This document shows, piece by piece, positions 16,930 through 33,353 of a DNA stretch of 64,000 nt. Every line of letters starts with the position of its first letter. The first letter of the stretch is position 1. The notes beneath the pieces were generated by a model, which worked only from the letters and a program-made list of their open reading frames with translations, searched no databases and had not been told where the DNA came from. Position numbers and translations under genes: made by a program. Source of the stretch: the human T2T-CHM13v2.0 reference genome, Homo sapiens; NCBI RefSeq assembly GCF_009914755.1, contig NC_060925.1; one strand, given 5' to 3'.

Positions 16930-17172
16930 ATAAGGATATGTATATAGTACTTACTAAGTGCCATATATGGTTCTATGTGCTTTGCCTTTATTAATTCGCT
17001 TATTTCTTCAACAACCTTATGTGGTAGGTACCGTTAATATCCCCATTTTACAGATAGGAAATGGAGACACAAGAAGTGAATTAACTTGACTAAAGACATA
17101 CTGTAGGGAGAGGCAGAAATGGGACTTAAAGCAGCCAGTCTGCTTCCAGGTCTGGACTTGCAACCACTCTAC
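16930..17172 (-). mobile_element. MIR
   Basis: Core ATCCCCATTTTACAGATAGGAAATGGAGACAC. Confidence 0.85.
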
Positions 17173-18084
17173 TAAAAAAAGAAAGATTCTGACTATAAAC
17201 TATATTAGTTCCACAAAATTACCTCTTCACATATTTTCTATTATTTCCACATTATACTTCATGTTATATTTAATTTGAAGCTAAGAGGAAAGAATTTATT
17301 TGCTGAAATTTATGTTCTTTTTAGAAATAACCAAGGTTTATTTTAAAGGTTTCATTACTGAAGATACAATGTTAACCTATAACAAAAACATGTCTAGAAT
17401 ATCAGATTTTTTTAAGGCAGTAGGAAGAAACTTATTCATAAAATTAATACTCCAGGGAAAGTTTCCTTCAAATAGAATCTCAACTTTCTTCAAAGAATTA
17501 CATGAAAGACAAAATCTGTGGGAAACATTTTAGACATCAAACTATAGATACAGATAGAGATTCACACAGACATGCACACAGAAACATGAAGAATAGAATA
17601 GCAGCTATCGTTCCATTATTTTATTTAAACTACTCCAACTTTGTTACTACACAATGTATGAGTTTAGCACATTACAGGACGCACATGAACTTTGAAATCT
17701 ATTAGCCAATTAGAAGAATATGTCTTTACATCTTTCAAAAAGAATAGGTAAAAAGAAATAATATATTTTCAGTTATAAATATTTTCATCCAAGTCAGTGT
17801 AGAAAAATATTGACTAGAAAATTAAGATAAAACTTCAACCTAAAACTACAGAAAAAGAACCTTTCAATGTTTAAAGTTTTGTTATGTTCCTTTATTTGAG
17901 ATGCTTTGCTGTTCTTCCTATGTAAGACATCACATAGCTTCCTAGTGGTAAACTTTGCTTTTAAAATTTCTCACCCTACTGTGTGATTCTGGTTCCTACT
18001 CTAAGTATACACTGTAAGAAATAAAAATTTATTATACCTTCTTCTTCTTCCCCACACCCTCAACTCATCAACAACAAAAAAATA

Positions 18085-18550
18085 GCTATTAATAATCTCC
18101 ACACCTCCTAGTATTCATGCCCAGAGACTTACCTCTACTGAACAGAATATGGGAAAAAAAATACATATATATATATATGGAATGTCACTTCCAAGGTTAA
18201 TTTACGAAGTGACTCTGGCTTCCATCTAGCTTGCCACCACCTTATGGAGAGGCCCACACGAGACAATTATCAGGAATAAAATGAGGCCCTCAGTCTAACA
18301 GCTGGCATGCAACTAAATCCAATCCATTAATGTGAATGAGCTTAGAAGCAGATCCTCCTCCCCCCGTGATGACTTCAGTTGAGACTGCAGCCCTGGCCAA
18401 CATTTTGACTGCATTTATGAAAGACCCTGAGCTAGAGGAACCACCTAAGCCAAACCCAGAATCCTGACCCTCAGAAACTGTGTAATAAATATGTGACGTT
18501 TTAAGCCACTAAAACTTTGTGTAATTTATTGTGTGGCTATAAGTAACACA
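18085..18550 (+). mobile_element. MLT1 (E/F-like) LTR
   Basis: GAGACTGCAGCCCTGGCCAACA...TCCTGACCCTCAGAAACTGTG...TTTTAAGCCACTAA. Confidence 0.8.
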
Positions 18551-18604
18551 CTACCCCTTCACTCCCTCGTGCCTGACCCCAAGACCTTAAACTACTTAAG
18601 ATTG

Positions 18605-18897
18605 GGCCGGGTGCAATTCACGCCTGTAATCCCAGCACTTTGGGAGGCCAAGGTGGGTGGATCATTTGAGATCAGGACTTCGAGAACAGCCTGGCCAACA
18701 TGGTGAAACCCTGTCTCTATTAAAAATACAAAAATTAGCCAGCCATGGTGTCTCGTGCCGTAATCCCAGCTACTTGGGAGGCTGAAGCCTGGGAGGGTGG
18801 AAGTTGCAGTGAGCCGAGATCGCATCACTGTACTCCAGCCTGGGCAACAGGGCGAGACTCTGTCTCAAGAAAAAAACCAAAAAAAAAAAAAAAAAAA
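18605..18897 (+). mobile_element. AluS
   Basis: Dimer with small deletions and A tail. Confidence 0.9.
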
Positions 18898-19636
18898 GCC
18901 AAGATTACCTCAGATTTCATAAGCTCCGTGACTTTTAGCACACATATAGGCACACAGGGCTCAGATTCTTCGTCTGGCCACCCATCTTTTTTTAACTGGA
19001 CTTGTAATTTTCAAAGATCAATTCCCAGTGCACCAGCAAACCTAAACCGTCATTCACAGCATGAGAGTTCACAAAAAGTACAGACATCTAGAAATGGTCA
19101 CAGAAAAAAAAGAAAAATGTGGGAAAACACTTCACTTGGCAACACATACTTCCCTATCTTAATAAATTCTCCCATTAATAAGAAACTTTTCTCAGTAACT
19201 GAATAGATTATTTCACCTGTTTCCTGTAGTTCTTCTTTTCCTCACATTATTTTCATGAAGTTATATGGCAAAGCCTCTCAAAATACTTTCCAAGCACCGT
19301 AGAGTTAAAAATATCAAGTGTGGCTAATTTTAGCTATAAAGGCACCAGGCAGAGCCAAGTTAGACAGACGTGGAAATAAAAACGGGATGAAAGATGGAGT
19401 GGGAGTGGAGGGTGGAGGGTGAGCCACACTGACTTCTTATATTTTTATTTTGCAAGGTTATTAATTTCAATGAATGAATAGTGTCAGCAAAAGACAAGTA
19501 CCATATGAGATCAAGAAAGAAAAACTAAAGCAGAATACTATAGAATCTCAATCTATTTTTCTCAAAATGTAAGCAGGGAGGGTTCTGCTTCTGGCCAAGT
19601 AATGGCCAACTTTCCAAATGACCCTCCCATAGATAA

Positions 19637-19910
<274 letters not shown>

Positions 19911-19945
19911 TCTCTGGATAAAATTTATAGAACAACTATATGAAA

Positions 19946-20340
19946 TGTATGGTTTGGATCTGTGTCCCTGCCCAAATGTCATGTCACTGTAATCCCCAAT
20001 GTTGGGGGTGGGGCCTGGTGCAAGGTGACAGGATAATGAGGGTCGTCCTTTCTGAATGGTTTAGCAACATCCCCTTGGTGCTATTCCTTTGATAGTAAGT
20101 TCTCATGAGATCTGGTTGTCTTCCCCCCCTCTCTCTCTCTTGCTCCTGCTCCAGCCACAGGAAGTGCCAGCTCCCCCTTTGCCTTCCGCCATGACTGTAA
20201 GTTTCCTGAGGCCTCCCCGGAAGCCAGCATCATGATTCTTGTAAAGCCTATGGAACCGTAAGCCAATTAAACTTCTGTTCTTTATACATTACCCAAGCTC
20301 AGGTATTTATTTATAGCAGTGAAAAGAACGGACTAATGCA
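19946..20340 (+). mobile_element. MST (MaLR) solo LTR
   Basis: TGTATGGTTTGGATCTGTGTCCC...GAACGGACTAATGCA. Confidence 0.88.
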
Positions 20341-21119
20341 GGAAGGCACTGGAGAATGAGAAGAAGGGAGTCAACTCTTTTAAGAAAGGAATAATACGGG
20401 GAGAGTTCTCTGATGTTTACAGCTTTTAGCCTGACAACTGGTCCTGGTCTGTGCTACATGGGAGAGCTAAAACTCCAACAGAAACCCCCACAGACTTTCT
20501 AGCTTAAAGATAAAAGGATAGAGTTCAGGGCAATCCATAGCTGCTGCAAAATGAGAGGAAATTCCTGGGAGGAAAATGAGCCAGTGGGCAGGAAGGAACC
20601 CCAAATTCTGTATATAAACTCTGCCTAAATCTCTGGATGATCCCTGATCTACTCATGTGTAGGGCAGTTTCCAAGTAACTAAAAGAGCTGAACCAAAATA
20701 TGACCCACTGCCTAAAAGACAGAATTTGCTGTTTTGAGTCCAACCAAGTTATACAGATCTGTGGGACAGTATCATTGGGGCTAACATATTAATATGTGTA
20801 AGAGTCTGGGACAACTCCCCACTCTCCGCAAAAAAGAGCAAAGCATATTCAATCTAAAAACAACCACAAGTAGGTATATCACAGTTGAAGACGAAGATAC
20901 TTGAAATGGCTAGAGAAAAATGAAACTTTACATAAAGAAGAACAATAAATTGGATGACCACAGACATCTTCATATTGTACTGCAGAAACAAAAGAGAACA
21001 GAGACAATAAAACAACATCTTTAAAGAGCTCAAATACAAAGCTGCCAATCTAGAATTCCACATCCAGGGAAAATATTCTTTAAAAATGAAGGCAAATAAA
21101 GATATTTTAAGAAAAAAGA

Positions 21120-22192
<1,073 letters not shown>

Positions 22193-22923
22193 TTAAGAAG
22201 TTTCAAATTATGCAGATAGGATATATCAGACAAATACAGCAAAACAAACTGGGGGGAACAAACCTAGAGAGTTGCAAGGTTTCTACATTTTATGCAAAGT
22301 GCTACAACATTAACTCTAAGTAAATGGTAAAAGTGAAAGCAATAACTAACAGGAGAGAGAAAATGCAAAGAGGTATAGCAAAAAAGTCAGTAGAAAAATT
22401 AAAATAGAATTCTAAAGGTATTCAATTTATCCCCCAAAAAGGCAGAAAAGGAATAACAAAGGACTGAAAACAGAAGGGACAAACAGAATACAAATATTAA
22501 AATGGTAGACTGAAGTCCAACCTCTCCATAATTACATGAAATGTTAATGACTAAACACTCTCATTAAAAGGCAGACATTAGATAATAAAGAATCAATTAC
22601 ATGCTGCCCACAGAGATGCACTTTAAATATACAGAAAGCAGGTAGGTTCAAAGTAAATAAACATTGGTAAGCAACAAGATCTTCAAAGTAACATAAAAAA
22701 AGGAACAAAGTAAATAAAATATTATATGTCATGAAAACAGTACCCATATAGTAATATCAGAATTGACACATTAGTATCAGATAAAGTAGACTTTTAAGCA
22801 GAGGAATTTTTCAAAATTATAAAATGGTCAATTCATCAGAAACAAGTAACAATCCTGAATGTACAGCCACCTAATCACCATCTCTAAATACATAAAGCAA
22901 AAACTGACAGAATTAAAGGGAAA

Positions 22924-23237
<314 letters not shown>

Positions 23238-23464
23238 TTAGTTGTAAATTTTAACACCCCCTTAAACTGATAAAACTAGACAACAGAAGTACACAAAAAA
23301 ATTTGCAAGCACATAGAATAAATGAAGGTTATTAACCACTTTGACTCATTTGATATTTTAAAGACACTATACATAATAACTGCAGAATACACATTCTTTT
23401 CAAGTACATCTATAATCACCAAGATAGATGATATGCTGGGCCATAAAAAAAAATTCAATAAATT

Positions 23465-23777
<313 letters not shown>

Positions 23778-23891
23778 TCATGAGATGCAGCTAAAGCAGT
23801 GACGAATGGGAAATTTATAGTTGTGAATGCATATATGAGAAAAGAAAGGCCTAAAAGCAAAGACTTGAGCTTCGTTCTTAAGTTAGAAAAG

Positions 23892-24218
23892 AATGGGCAT
23901 GGCGGCTCACGCCTGTAATCTCAGCATTTTGGGAGGCCAAGGTGGAAGAACTGTTTGAGCCCAGGAGCTTGAGACCAGCCTGGGCAACAAGGTCAGACTC
24001 TTAACTCTATAAAAAATTTTAAAAATTGGCCAGGCATGGCTGCGTGCACCCGTAGTCCCAGCTACTTGGGAAGATGAGGCTGGAGGATCAGCTGAGCCAA
24101 GGAACTCAAGGCTGAGGCATAAGAATCGTTTGAACCCGGAAGGCGGAGGCTGCAGTGAGCCGAGGTTGCACCACTGCACTCCAGCCTGGGAGACAAGCTC
24201 AAAAAAAAAAAAAAAAAA
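23892..24218 (+). mobile_element. Chimeric Alu (AluJ joined out of register to an AluS 3' part)
   Basis: Junction ...GGAACTCAAGGCTG|AGGCATAAGAATCGTTTGAACCCGG. Confidence 0.8.
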
Positions 24219-24307
24219 GGAAGAAAAAGAGGAGAAGGAGGGGGAAGAAAAGAGGGGAGAGGAGGGGGAAGGAAAAGGGAAAAGTAGAGGGAAAAGGAAG
24301 AAAGAAA
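24200..24307 (+). repeat. Homopurine (A/GA-rich) low-complexity tract
   Basis: About 105 nt almost entirely A/G, starting in the Alu tail. Confidence 0.9.
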
Positions 24308-24703
24308 TTGATATATGAAGCTCCTCACAAACAAAACTCCAGGCACATGGTTTCACTAGTGAATTGTGTCAAATAGCTCAGGAAAAAACAGCCCTGATAT
24401 TATATAAACTCTCAAAAAAATAAAGAAGAAAACATTTCCAGCTTGATTCATGAGACCAGCGTGATCCCAACATGAAAGCCACACAAAGATATTACAAATA
24501 AAGAAAATCATATTATCCTTAAATAATACACAAAATTTCTTAACAAAATAGTATCAAAGTTGGCAATATTAAAATACTAACACATCATGACAAAGTAGGG
24601 TTTATTCCAGGAATGCAAGATTGGTTTAACATCTGAAAATCAAGGTAATTCACCGTAACAGAATAAAGGAGAAGAACAACGTAATGCAAAAGAGGCAGAA
24701 AAA

Positions 24704-24903
24704 GGCCGAGCATGGTGGCTCACCCGTTATCCCAGCACTGTGAGAAGCCAAGGCAGGCGAACCACTTGAGGGCAGGAGTTCGAGACCAGCCTGGCCAACA
24801 TGGTGAAACCCTGTCTCTACTAAAAATACAAAAAGTAGCCAGGCGTGGTGGCACGTGCCTGTAGACCCAGCTACTCAGGAGGCTGACCATCTCAAAAAAA
24901 AAA
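24704..24903 (+). mobile_element. AluS with about 85-nt right-arm deletion
   Basis: GGAGGCTGA joined directly to CCATCTCAAAA. Confidence 0.88.
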
Positions 24904-26487
24904 GAGGTGGGGGTGGGGTTGGCTGGGGGACAGAAAAAGCAGGGATAAAATGCAACATCTGTCTTGACAAAAACTCTCAGAAAAGTAGGAAGAGAAGTGA
25001 TTTCCCCTAATGTGATATAGATCATATATTAAAATATCTAGAACATCATACTTAATTTTGAAATACTGAACTCCTTCCCCCTAAGGTCAGGTAGAAGGCA
25101 AGGATTAACCACTTCTATTCAACATTGTATTGGTGGTCCTAGCCTTTGCACTAAGGCAAAGAAAGAAAAGGAAAAAAAAGAAAGGACAGAAAGGGAAAAT
25201 AGCCTCTACTTGCAGATGACGAATTGCTGCTTATGGAAAATCCTAAGGAATCTACAAAGCAGCAAATTAGTAAGTGAATTTAGCAAGGTCACAGGATTCA
25301 AGTTTAATTTAAAAAATCAGTTGCATTTTTTATATAGTAGCAACAACAAACCAGAAAAATAAAGTTTTAAAAACTGCATTTGCAATAGCACCCAAAAAAG
25401 AAAATCTTCATAATATCATGCGTAAAATCTTTATGCTGAAAACTAAAAAACACTGGTAAGAGAAATTTTAAAAAACTTAAACATATACAATGTTCATGGA
25501 TTGGAAGCCTCAATATTGTTAAGATGTCAAGTCTCTCCTAAATTAATCTACAAGTTAAATGCAATCACAATGAAAATCCCATCAAGCCATTTTTGTAGAA
25601 ATTGACAAACTAATTATAATATTCATATGGAAATTCAAAGAGCACAGAATATCCAAAACAACAACAAAAAAAGAATAATGATAGAAGACTAATAGTATCT
25701 GATTTCAAGATTACAAAGCTACAGCAATTAAGAGGGTATGGTAGTGGCCTCAAAAATAGACAAATATATCAATGAAACAGGACAGAGTCCAGAAATCAAC
25801 ACATATAAAGACAACTAATTTTTTAAAAAGACGTCAGTGGAGAAAAGATAATCTTTTCAATAAGTGGTGCTGGAACAACTGGATATGCATGCAGAAAAAA
25901 AATCTCAATGCATACCTCACACCATACAAAAAAATTATTCAAGATATATCGATTTAAACCTAAAAGCTAGACCCATAAACTTGGAGAAGGAAACCTAGGA
26001 GAAAAATCATCACAGGAAGGCAAAAGCTCTTCTCAATAATTACAGGGAAAAAAGGCAAATTAAAATTTTCTCCCATAAAAAGACACTTTTAAGAAAATGC
26101 ATAGAGTATATAAATTTTCTCTCAATAAAGCTGTTACAGGAAGAAAGAGAGGGAGGAGGGGAAAAGGGAGAGAATGCATACATAGGCAAGGCACAGATGA
26201 AGAAAAAAATCTACGAAACATAAATCTGACATGAATCCAACATTTCTGAAACTCCAACAACCAATAAAACATTGGGCAAATAAGTTGAACAGATGTCACA
26301 AAACATGATATATAAATGCTCAGTAAATTTGTGTTAAATCATTAATCATCAGGGAAACGCCAGTTAAAATCACAATAAGATGCCACTACATAACCAGCAG
26401 GATGGCTAAAACATGGTTTAACCCTAACTCCCACACAGCAATGGTGAGAGTATAAAATGGTTCAACAAACTTTGAAAGAAAAGTTGG

Positions 26488-26812
<325 letters not shown>

Positions 26813-27392
26813 TTAAACAAACACCTACCCTCTGACAAGTCAATTTCAATGTTAGGTATTGCTCAAAACTGGAAACAGCCCAGGTATCCATCGACAAGAC
26901 GATGAATAAATTGTGGTGTATTCACCCAAAGATTCATCAGAAAACAAGAAAAGCAAACAACTGATATACATGACATGATAAATTGCAAAAACATTATGCT
27001 GTGAAGAAAGCCTTACACAAGAGTATATATTTTACGGTTCCTAGATGAATTCTGGAACAGGAAAAAAAAGCTAATCTATAGTAGAAACAAAACAGTATGG
27101 GCAGCAGGGGAGGCAAAGCGAGGAGTGACATGGGAAGGAGCTTCAGGGAATTTTGCCATCACCCCCAGAACATTCTGTAATCTTGAAAGGAGTTTGAGTT
27201 ACACGTTTGCATCTGTTAAAACTTTCCCAATAATCTGTGCATTCCGCTATATATATATCACAAAAGGAAAAAATATATATAAGCATTATTGAACCCTAGG
27301 TAACGATATAAATACTGACATACTTAGGCAATAGTGTGCTGACTACAACTTACTTTTTATTTAGAAATGCATCTAAATAAATAAATAAATTA

Positions 27393-27663
27393 TAGTCAGC
27401 CCTCAGTATCCTCGGAGGAACTGGCTGCAGGACTCCCACAGATATTAAAATCTGCTAATACTCAAGTCCCTTACATAAAATGGTATAGTATTTACATATA
27501 ACCTATACACATCCTCTGGTATACTTTAAATCTCTGGATTACTTATAATACCTAATACAATGTAAATAGTTGTTATACTGCATTGTATTTTTATGCGTAT
27601 TATTGTTGCATTGTTTTTTAATATTTTTTATCTGTGGATATGAAACCCATAGGGGGCCAACTG
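27393..27663. mobile_element. MER2 (Tigger-family DNA transposon)
   Basis: Ends TAGTCAGCCCTCAGTATCC and GGGGGCCAACTG with TA flanks; body ACTCAAGTCCCTTACATAAAATGG. Confidence 0.85.
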
Positions 27664-28040
27664 TATACAGAGAAGGATGGAGAGACAGATGTGTGATAAA
27701 GCAAATATAGTAAAATGTTAATATTAATAGTAGGCTCTAGATTGTGGGTATACATATGTTAACAGAAAAATTCAACCATTCTGTATTCTTGAAATTTTTC
27801 ATAATAAAATGTTGAAGGGAAAATTAAGCATGTGTGCACTCCCCGTGCAGCTTTTTCTAATAAAAGAACTAATTATGCACAGACTTCATTAGAGGGGAAA
27901 AGAATGTCATGTTTTATTTCTCCATATTCATTCAAGTAAGTATTCTAAGAATTTTAAATCAAATGGGTTGAGAAACAACATATAAATGATAATAAAATTT
28001 GGTAGATGCTGTGGTGACTAATTGCCTCCCCTCATCACTC

Positions 28041-28042
<2 letters not shown>

Positions 28043-28090
<48 letters not shown>
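28043..28090 (+). repeat. Perfect (CA)24 microsatellite
   Basis: Direct count. Confidence 0.98.
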
Positions 28091-28091
<1 letters not shown>

Positions 28092-28160
28092 CACCAAGGT
28101 TTAAACACAGATTCCAAATTCACCATTTCAACTAATACCTGTTAAAAAGTGCCAAACAGG

Positions 28161-28432
28161 GGCCAGGCGTGGTGGCTCACGCCTATAATCCCAGCACTTT
28201 GGGAGACCGAATCACTTGAGGCCAGGAGTTCGACACCTGCTCAGCCAACATGGTGAGACGCTGTCTCAACTAAAAAATACAAAAATTACCCGGGCATGAT
28301 GGCGCACACCTACTCAGGAGGCTGAGGCTCAAAAATCACTTGAGCCCGGGAGGTGGAGGTTCCAGTGAGCTGAGATCGCACCACTGCACTCTAGCCTGTC
28401 TCAAAAAAAAAGAAAAAAGAAAAAAGAAAAAA
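28161..28432 (+). mobile_element. AluS with three internal deletions
   Basis: Alu dimer with three short consensus blocks missing. Confidence 0.88.
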
Positions 28433-28469
28433 GGCAAATAGGTATTTACAGTCCATACTTCTCTCCTGA

Positions 28470-28850
28470 GCAACAAACTCACATAAACAGCTGCCTATTA
28501 TGTGTTTCTACTTAGATATCATACATACCTCAAAATACAACCTATTTTTCTCCCCCCCATTCCCTTTCCCAGATGAAGGATACCAAAACCATACTGTCTG
28601 GCCCGAGCTAGAAACTGGAGTGCCCTAGATGACTCCTCTGCCAACATCCCTATGTCAGTCTCCAGCCCTGTCAATTCTACCACCCAAACATCTCTACTAA
28701 CACCTCCTCCACTCTGTTCCACTGTGCCACTACATTAATGCATTCTTTCTTTCCTAGATTACAACAGCCTCCAAAACAGCCTTTCTACCGCCAGCCTCTC
28801 CACCTAGAAGCCCCATAATCTACTTCCTGAGCAAGAATAAGCATCTAAAT
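28470..28850 (+). mobile_element. L2 fragment
   Basis: CAGTCTCCAGCCCTGTCAATTCTACC...CTAGATTACAACAGCCTCC. Confidence 0.6.
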
Positions 28851-29145
28851 ATTACCTAGAAAATATAATATCCTACAATTTCTGCAAAGGAGAATCTAGT
28901 TAGGAATAGTTCAATTAGAATCTTTTATAAAATACATTTACTTTTCCATTGGCTTCATTGGTCTTATTTTCAGGTGAACTATTAAAGACAGCTTATTAAT
29001 GCTATAACACTTTTTAAGTTAAGACCAGATGACAATGATGATTTTATTATAGAATTGTTGCTAAGCATATTTTGTGTTATCAGAATCATTGGCACATGGA
29101 CTATACATTTTTTTCTCACACATTCTATACCTCAACAAAGCTTCA

Positions 29146-29818
<673 letters not shown>

Positions 29819-29829
29819 TTAGAAGCACC

Positions 29830-30085
29830 AGAGCATGGGGATTAAGAGGAGGCAATCTGAAGTTAAACCTAAGTGAATTACAATTCTGGCTCTGTCATTT
29901 CCTAGTTGCGTCACCTTAAACAAGTTTTTATTTAGCCTCATTAAGCCTCTGTTCCCTGATTTCTAGAGTATAATAATAACAGTAATACCTCATGGATCTG
30001 TTGTGAGAATAAAACCATGTACATGAAGCATTCAAGTATCTGGCACATGTTAGGTACTCAGCGATGTTACTCATTACTATTACTG
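29830..30085 (+). mobile_element. MIR
   Basis: TGGCTCTGTCATTTCCTAGTTGCGTCACCTT...TACCTCATGGATCTGTTGTGAGAATAAA. Confidence 0.8.
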
Positions 30086-31351
30086 TGAGCAGCAACAGTA
30101 TTTTGGTAAATGGAGATTGCAAATAAATAAATCTAGCTATCTGCTAGAACCACAAGTGAGCTCAACACTACCAAACAGTACACCTTTAACATTTGATGTG
30201 TTAACAAACAATCCCAAAGACCCACATGCCTCGAGCCATCCTCTGACCAATACAAGAATCTAAACTTCCCATTCTGCCAGTCTGATATGTGGGGAGTGAA
30301 CGTGACCAATTCCCTATCCAGCAAGTGAGCCTGGTGAACTTCCTATGAAGTGCATCCCAATGAGGCTCTCTTCATTTTTACTCTTCCCTGGATACTCATT
30401 TTATGTGGTGGGTATTCTAGGCTACAGTGGTTATCTGTCAATCTGAGAATCCGCGATGTTTAGTACATCTCTATGAACTGAAATACAATTCTAACTTCTT
30501 GTTTCAATTTAAGTTAACTGCTACTATATGTGACTTAAGGTTTATGTACTTTTCAAGTCCTCAGAAATTGTCTTTTGTTATATTTTAGTATTTGGATTAA
30601 AAGTCAACTTGAAATAAAACATAAATGAATATAACTAAACCAATTATGAACTGCTGCTTCTTATGCTTAAATATAACAACTTGAGGAAAGCCTGGTTTTA
30701 CTATTATCCTAAGGAAACCCTTAATTTTCCAAGAGCCTTTCTTGGACATTTGTGGCTGCAGACCAGATATTTATAGTTTGGCAAATACATACAACATTTG
30801 CCAGCTGCCAACTTCTGCTCACAACTACTTTATAAAAGTTGTAAAATTCTGTCCTGAAAAACAGCCTGTCCACTACAGCTGGGGAAACATATTTATTTCT
30901 CTTTCTCTCTCCACATCTAGTTCCTCCACACAGATGAGGAATACGGCCCCTAAACATGACATGCCAGATGACCCCTGGCACAAATTTGCTATATCAAACG
31001 AAGTTCAAAATAGTTTAGTTCCAAGGACTAGACTAGCTATAACTACCATATAGCTATAACTATCATATAACAAAAATGCCAGAAAAGATTGATAAGAGAT
31101 GGCACATAGTAGACCTTCCCCCCACACACAGACTAAAGACGTCTAGCCACCCTGAAGAGCAAACAGATTTCTCAGGAGTTTCATAGTTCACATTAAAATT
31201 GAATGAGTATTTTATAATTCACCCCACTACACTGCCTATCTTAATATAATGTTCTCTCCATAAATCTTTCAGTAGAATTATCTTCCAGGTAGATATGCCA
31301 CTTTTGTCATCTACAGTGTGCTCCATATGCTTGCACACTGCAGCCTGCCCC

Positions 31352-31352
31352 T

Positions 31353-31383
<31 letters not shown>

Positions 31384-31391
31384 GTGGGGGG
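31352..31391 (+). repeat. (TG)7T-G18-T-G6 compound repeat
   Basis: Direct reading. Confidence 0.95.
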
Positions 31392-33019
31392 TGCCCTAGT
31401 ATGAGAACCCAGAAGTACCAAAGAGTCTTTGTGACAAGAGGAAGACTGAATGTTAAGGTAAATACCAAAACTTTATGCTTTGAGAGGGGTGGAAAAGTAA
31501 GTATAGAATGCAGTGTCACGCAGTTGACACTACCAACAGAACAAATATGATGAAAGCTAAGAGTGATTTGGGAATCACTAGCATATGATGTTTTGTTCAC
31601 ACACTTTGGCAATGTGTTCAGAAAGTAATTTTAGCACAGCCATAACCAAAGAGAATTACTGGCCGTAATCTGAAAAACAGCAGCCCACTTTTATCATTCG
31701 TCTTCAGCTAATTACGAACCGCATGACATTCAAAAGATTCTGGAACTTATTGTCCTGTGCTTCTACAAAAGGTTAAAACAAGGTAGAATAGTAATTATTA
31801 CAATTTTTTAAAGCTGCTTGACTAGAAGGCCTTAATGTTGTGCTTTTCTGATAATATCAATAAAGTGTAGTTATTAACAATCAACAGTTGCTTGCAAAGA
31901 CTACTGGAACCTACTGAAGAAGTAACCAAATTGATGGGCCTTGAGATTACACTTGGTATTCTTACATGATTTTCAGCTATAAAAATTCCCTTTTCAATCT
32001 GCCTTAGGAAGAAGGTGAAACGAGTGTGCCTGCCATAAATGTTGGCATGAGGCTAGAAATTCAGAGATGATCTTGTTATCTTGAGAACCATTCACATTGC
32101 TTCTCTGGAACACTGCTAGATTCAAAGTTTAAGGACAAACTGTTCTTAAATGGATGTGAAAGTGACAGGCACATGCAATATATTTTACTTCTAATTTGAG
32201 TAAGGACATCTTCAAACACTGCGCAAAGTCTCAGTTTTGGGGAAATTTCAATGAAATTACATCATTACAACAATCTATTAAATCCTATCATTCCCACTGG
32301 GGCAACAGTCTCTCTTCTCTTCACTCATTTAATCATGCTATTCCTGATTGTCAAATAAGAAAATCCTTCCTTTCCTCCATCACCTTCTTAATTGTTACTG
32401 CTCAATTGTATCTCCCAGTTCACATCCAAGTAGTCTACTCAGACTGCCTTCTTCCAAAAACATCCCTCTAGGAGGGAGGTCTCCAAGCGCCACAGAACTG
32501 CAGGGATACTCCTACCACGGCATGATCCTCACTCTATTACGATGATTTGTTGATTAGACTATACACTTACCAGTGTAGAGAACTGCATCACCTCTATCTA
32601 CAATATTAATATCTGAAGCATATTCAAGCATCTGCTGAATGTCAAATTAGTAAATGGAACATAATGCCCAGCAGGAACCATGGATAACCACTATTTTAAT
32701 CTTTTTAAACTTTCTTTAGTAGAGATCACTTTCAATGAAAATAATACGCAATTCTGCATTTGAAGTTTCTCTTTATGACATCTTTGCTATAAGTACAAAA
32801 TACTTTATAGACAGCTTTGCTAAGAGCATAATCAATGAAGGTTAGAAACTACATATGCTCTCAATAAACACAGAATTAATACAATCAAGAAAAAATAGGT
32901 ATACAGAAAACACAGACAGTATCAGAGCTATTTAATTGTAGCTTGGGAGCAACTCAATCTTAACACTACTAAATCAACCATGGCATGAAGAATCTAAGTA
33001 TTTAGGTAAATTTTAATCA

Positions 33020-33353
<334 letters not shown>

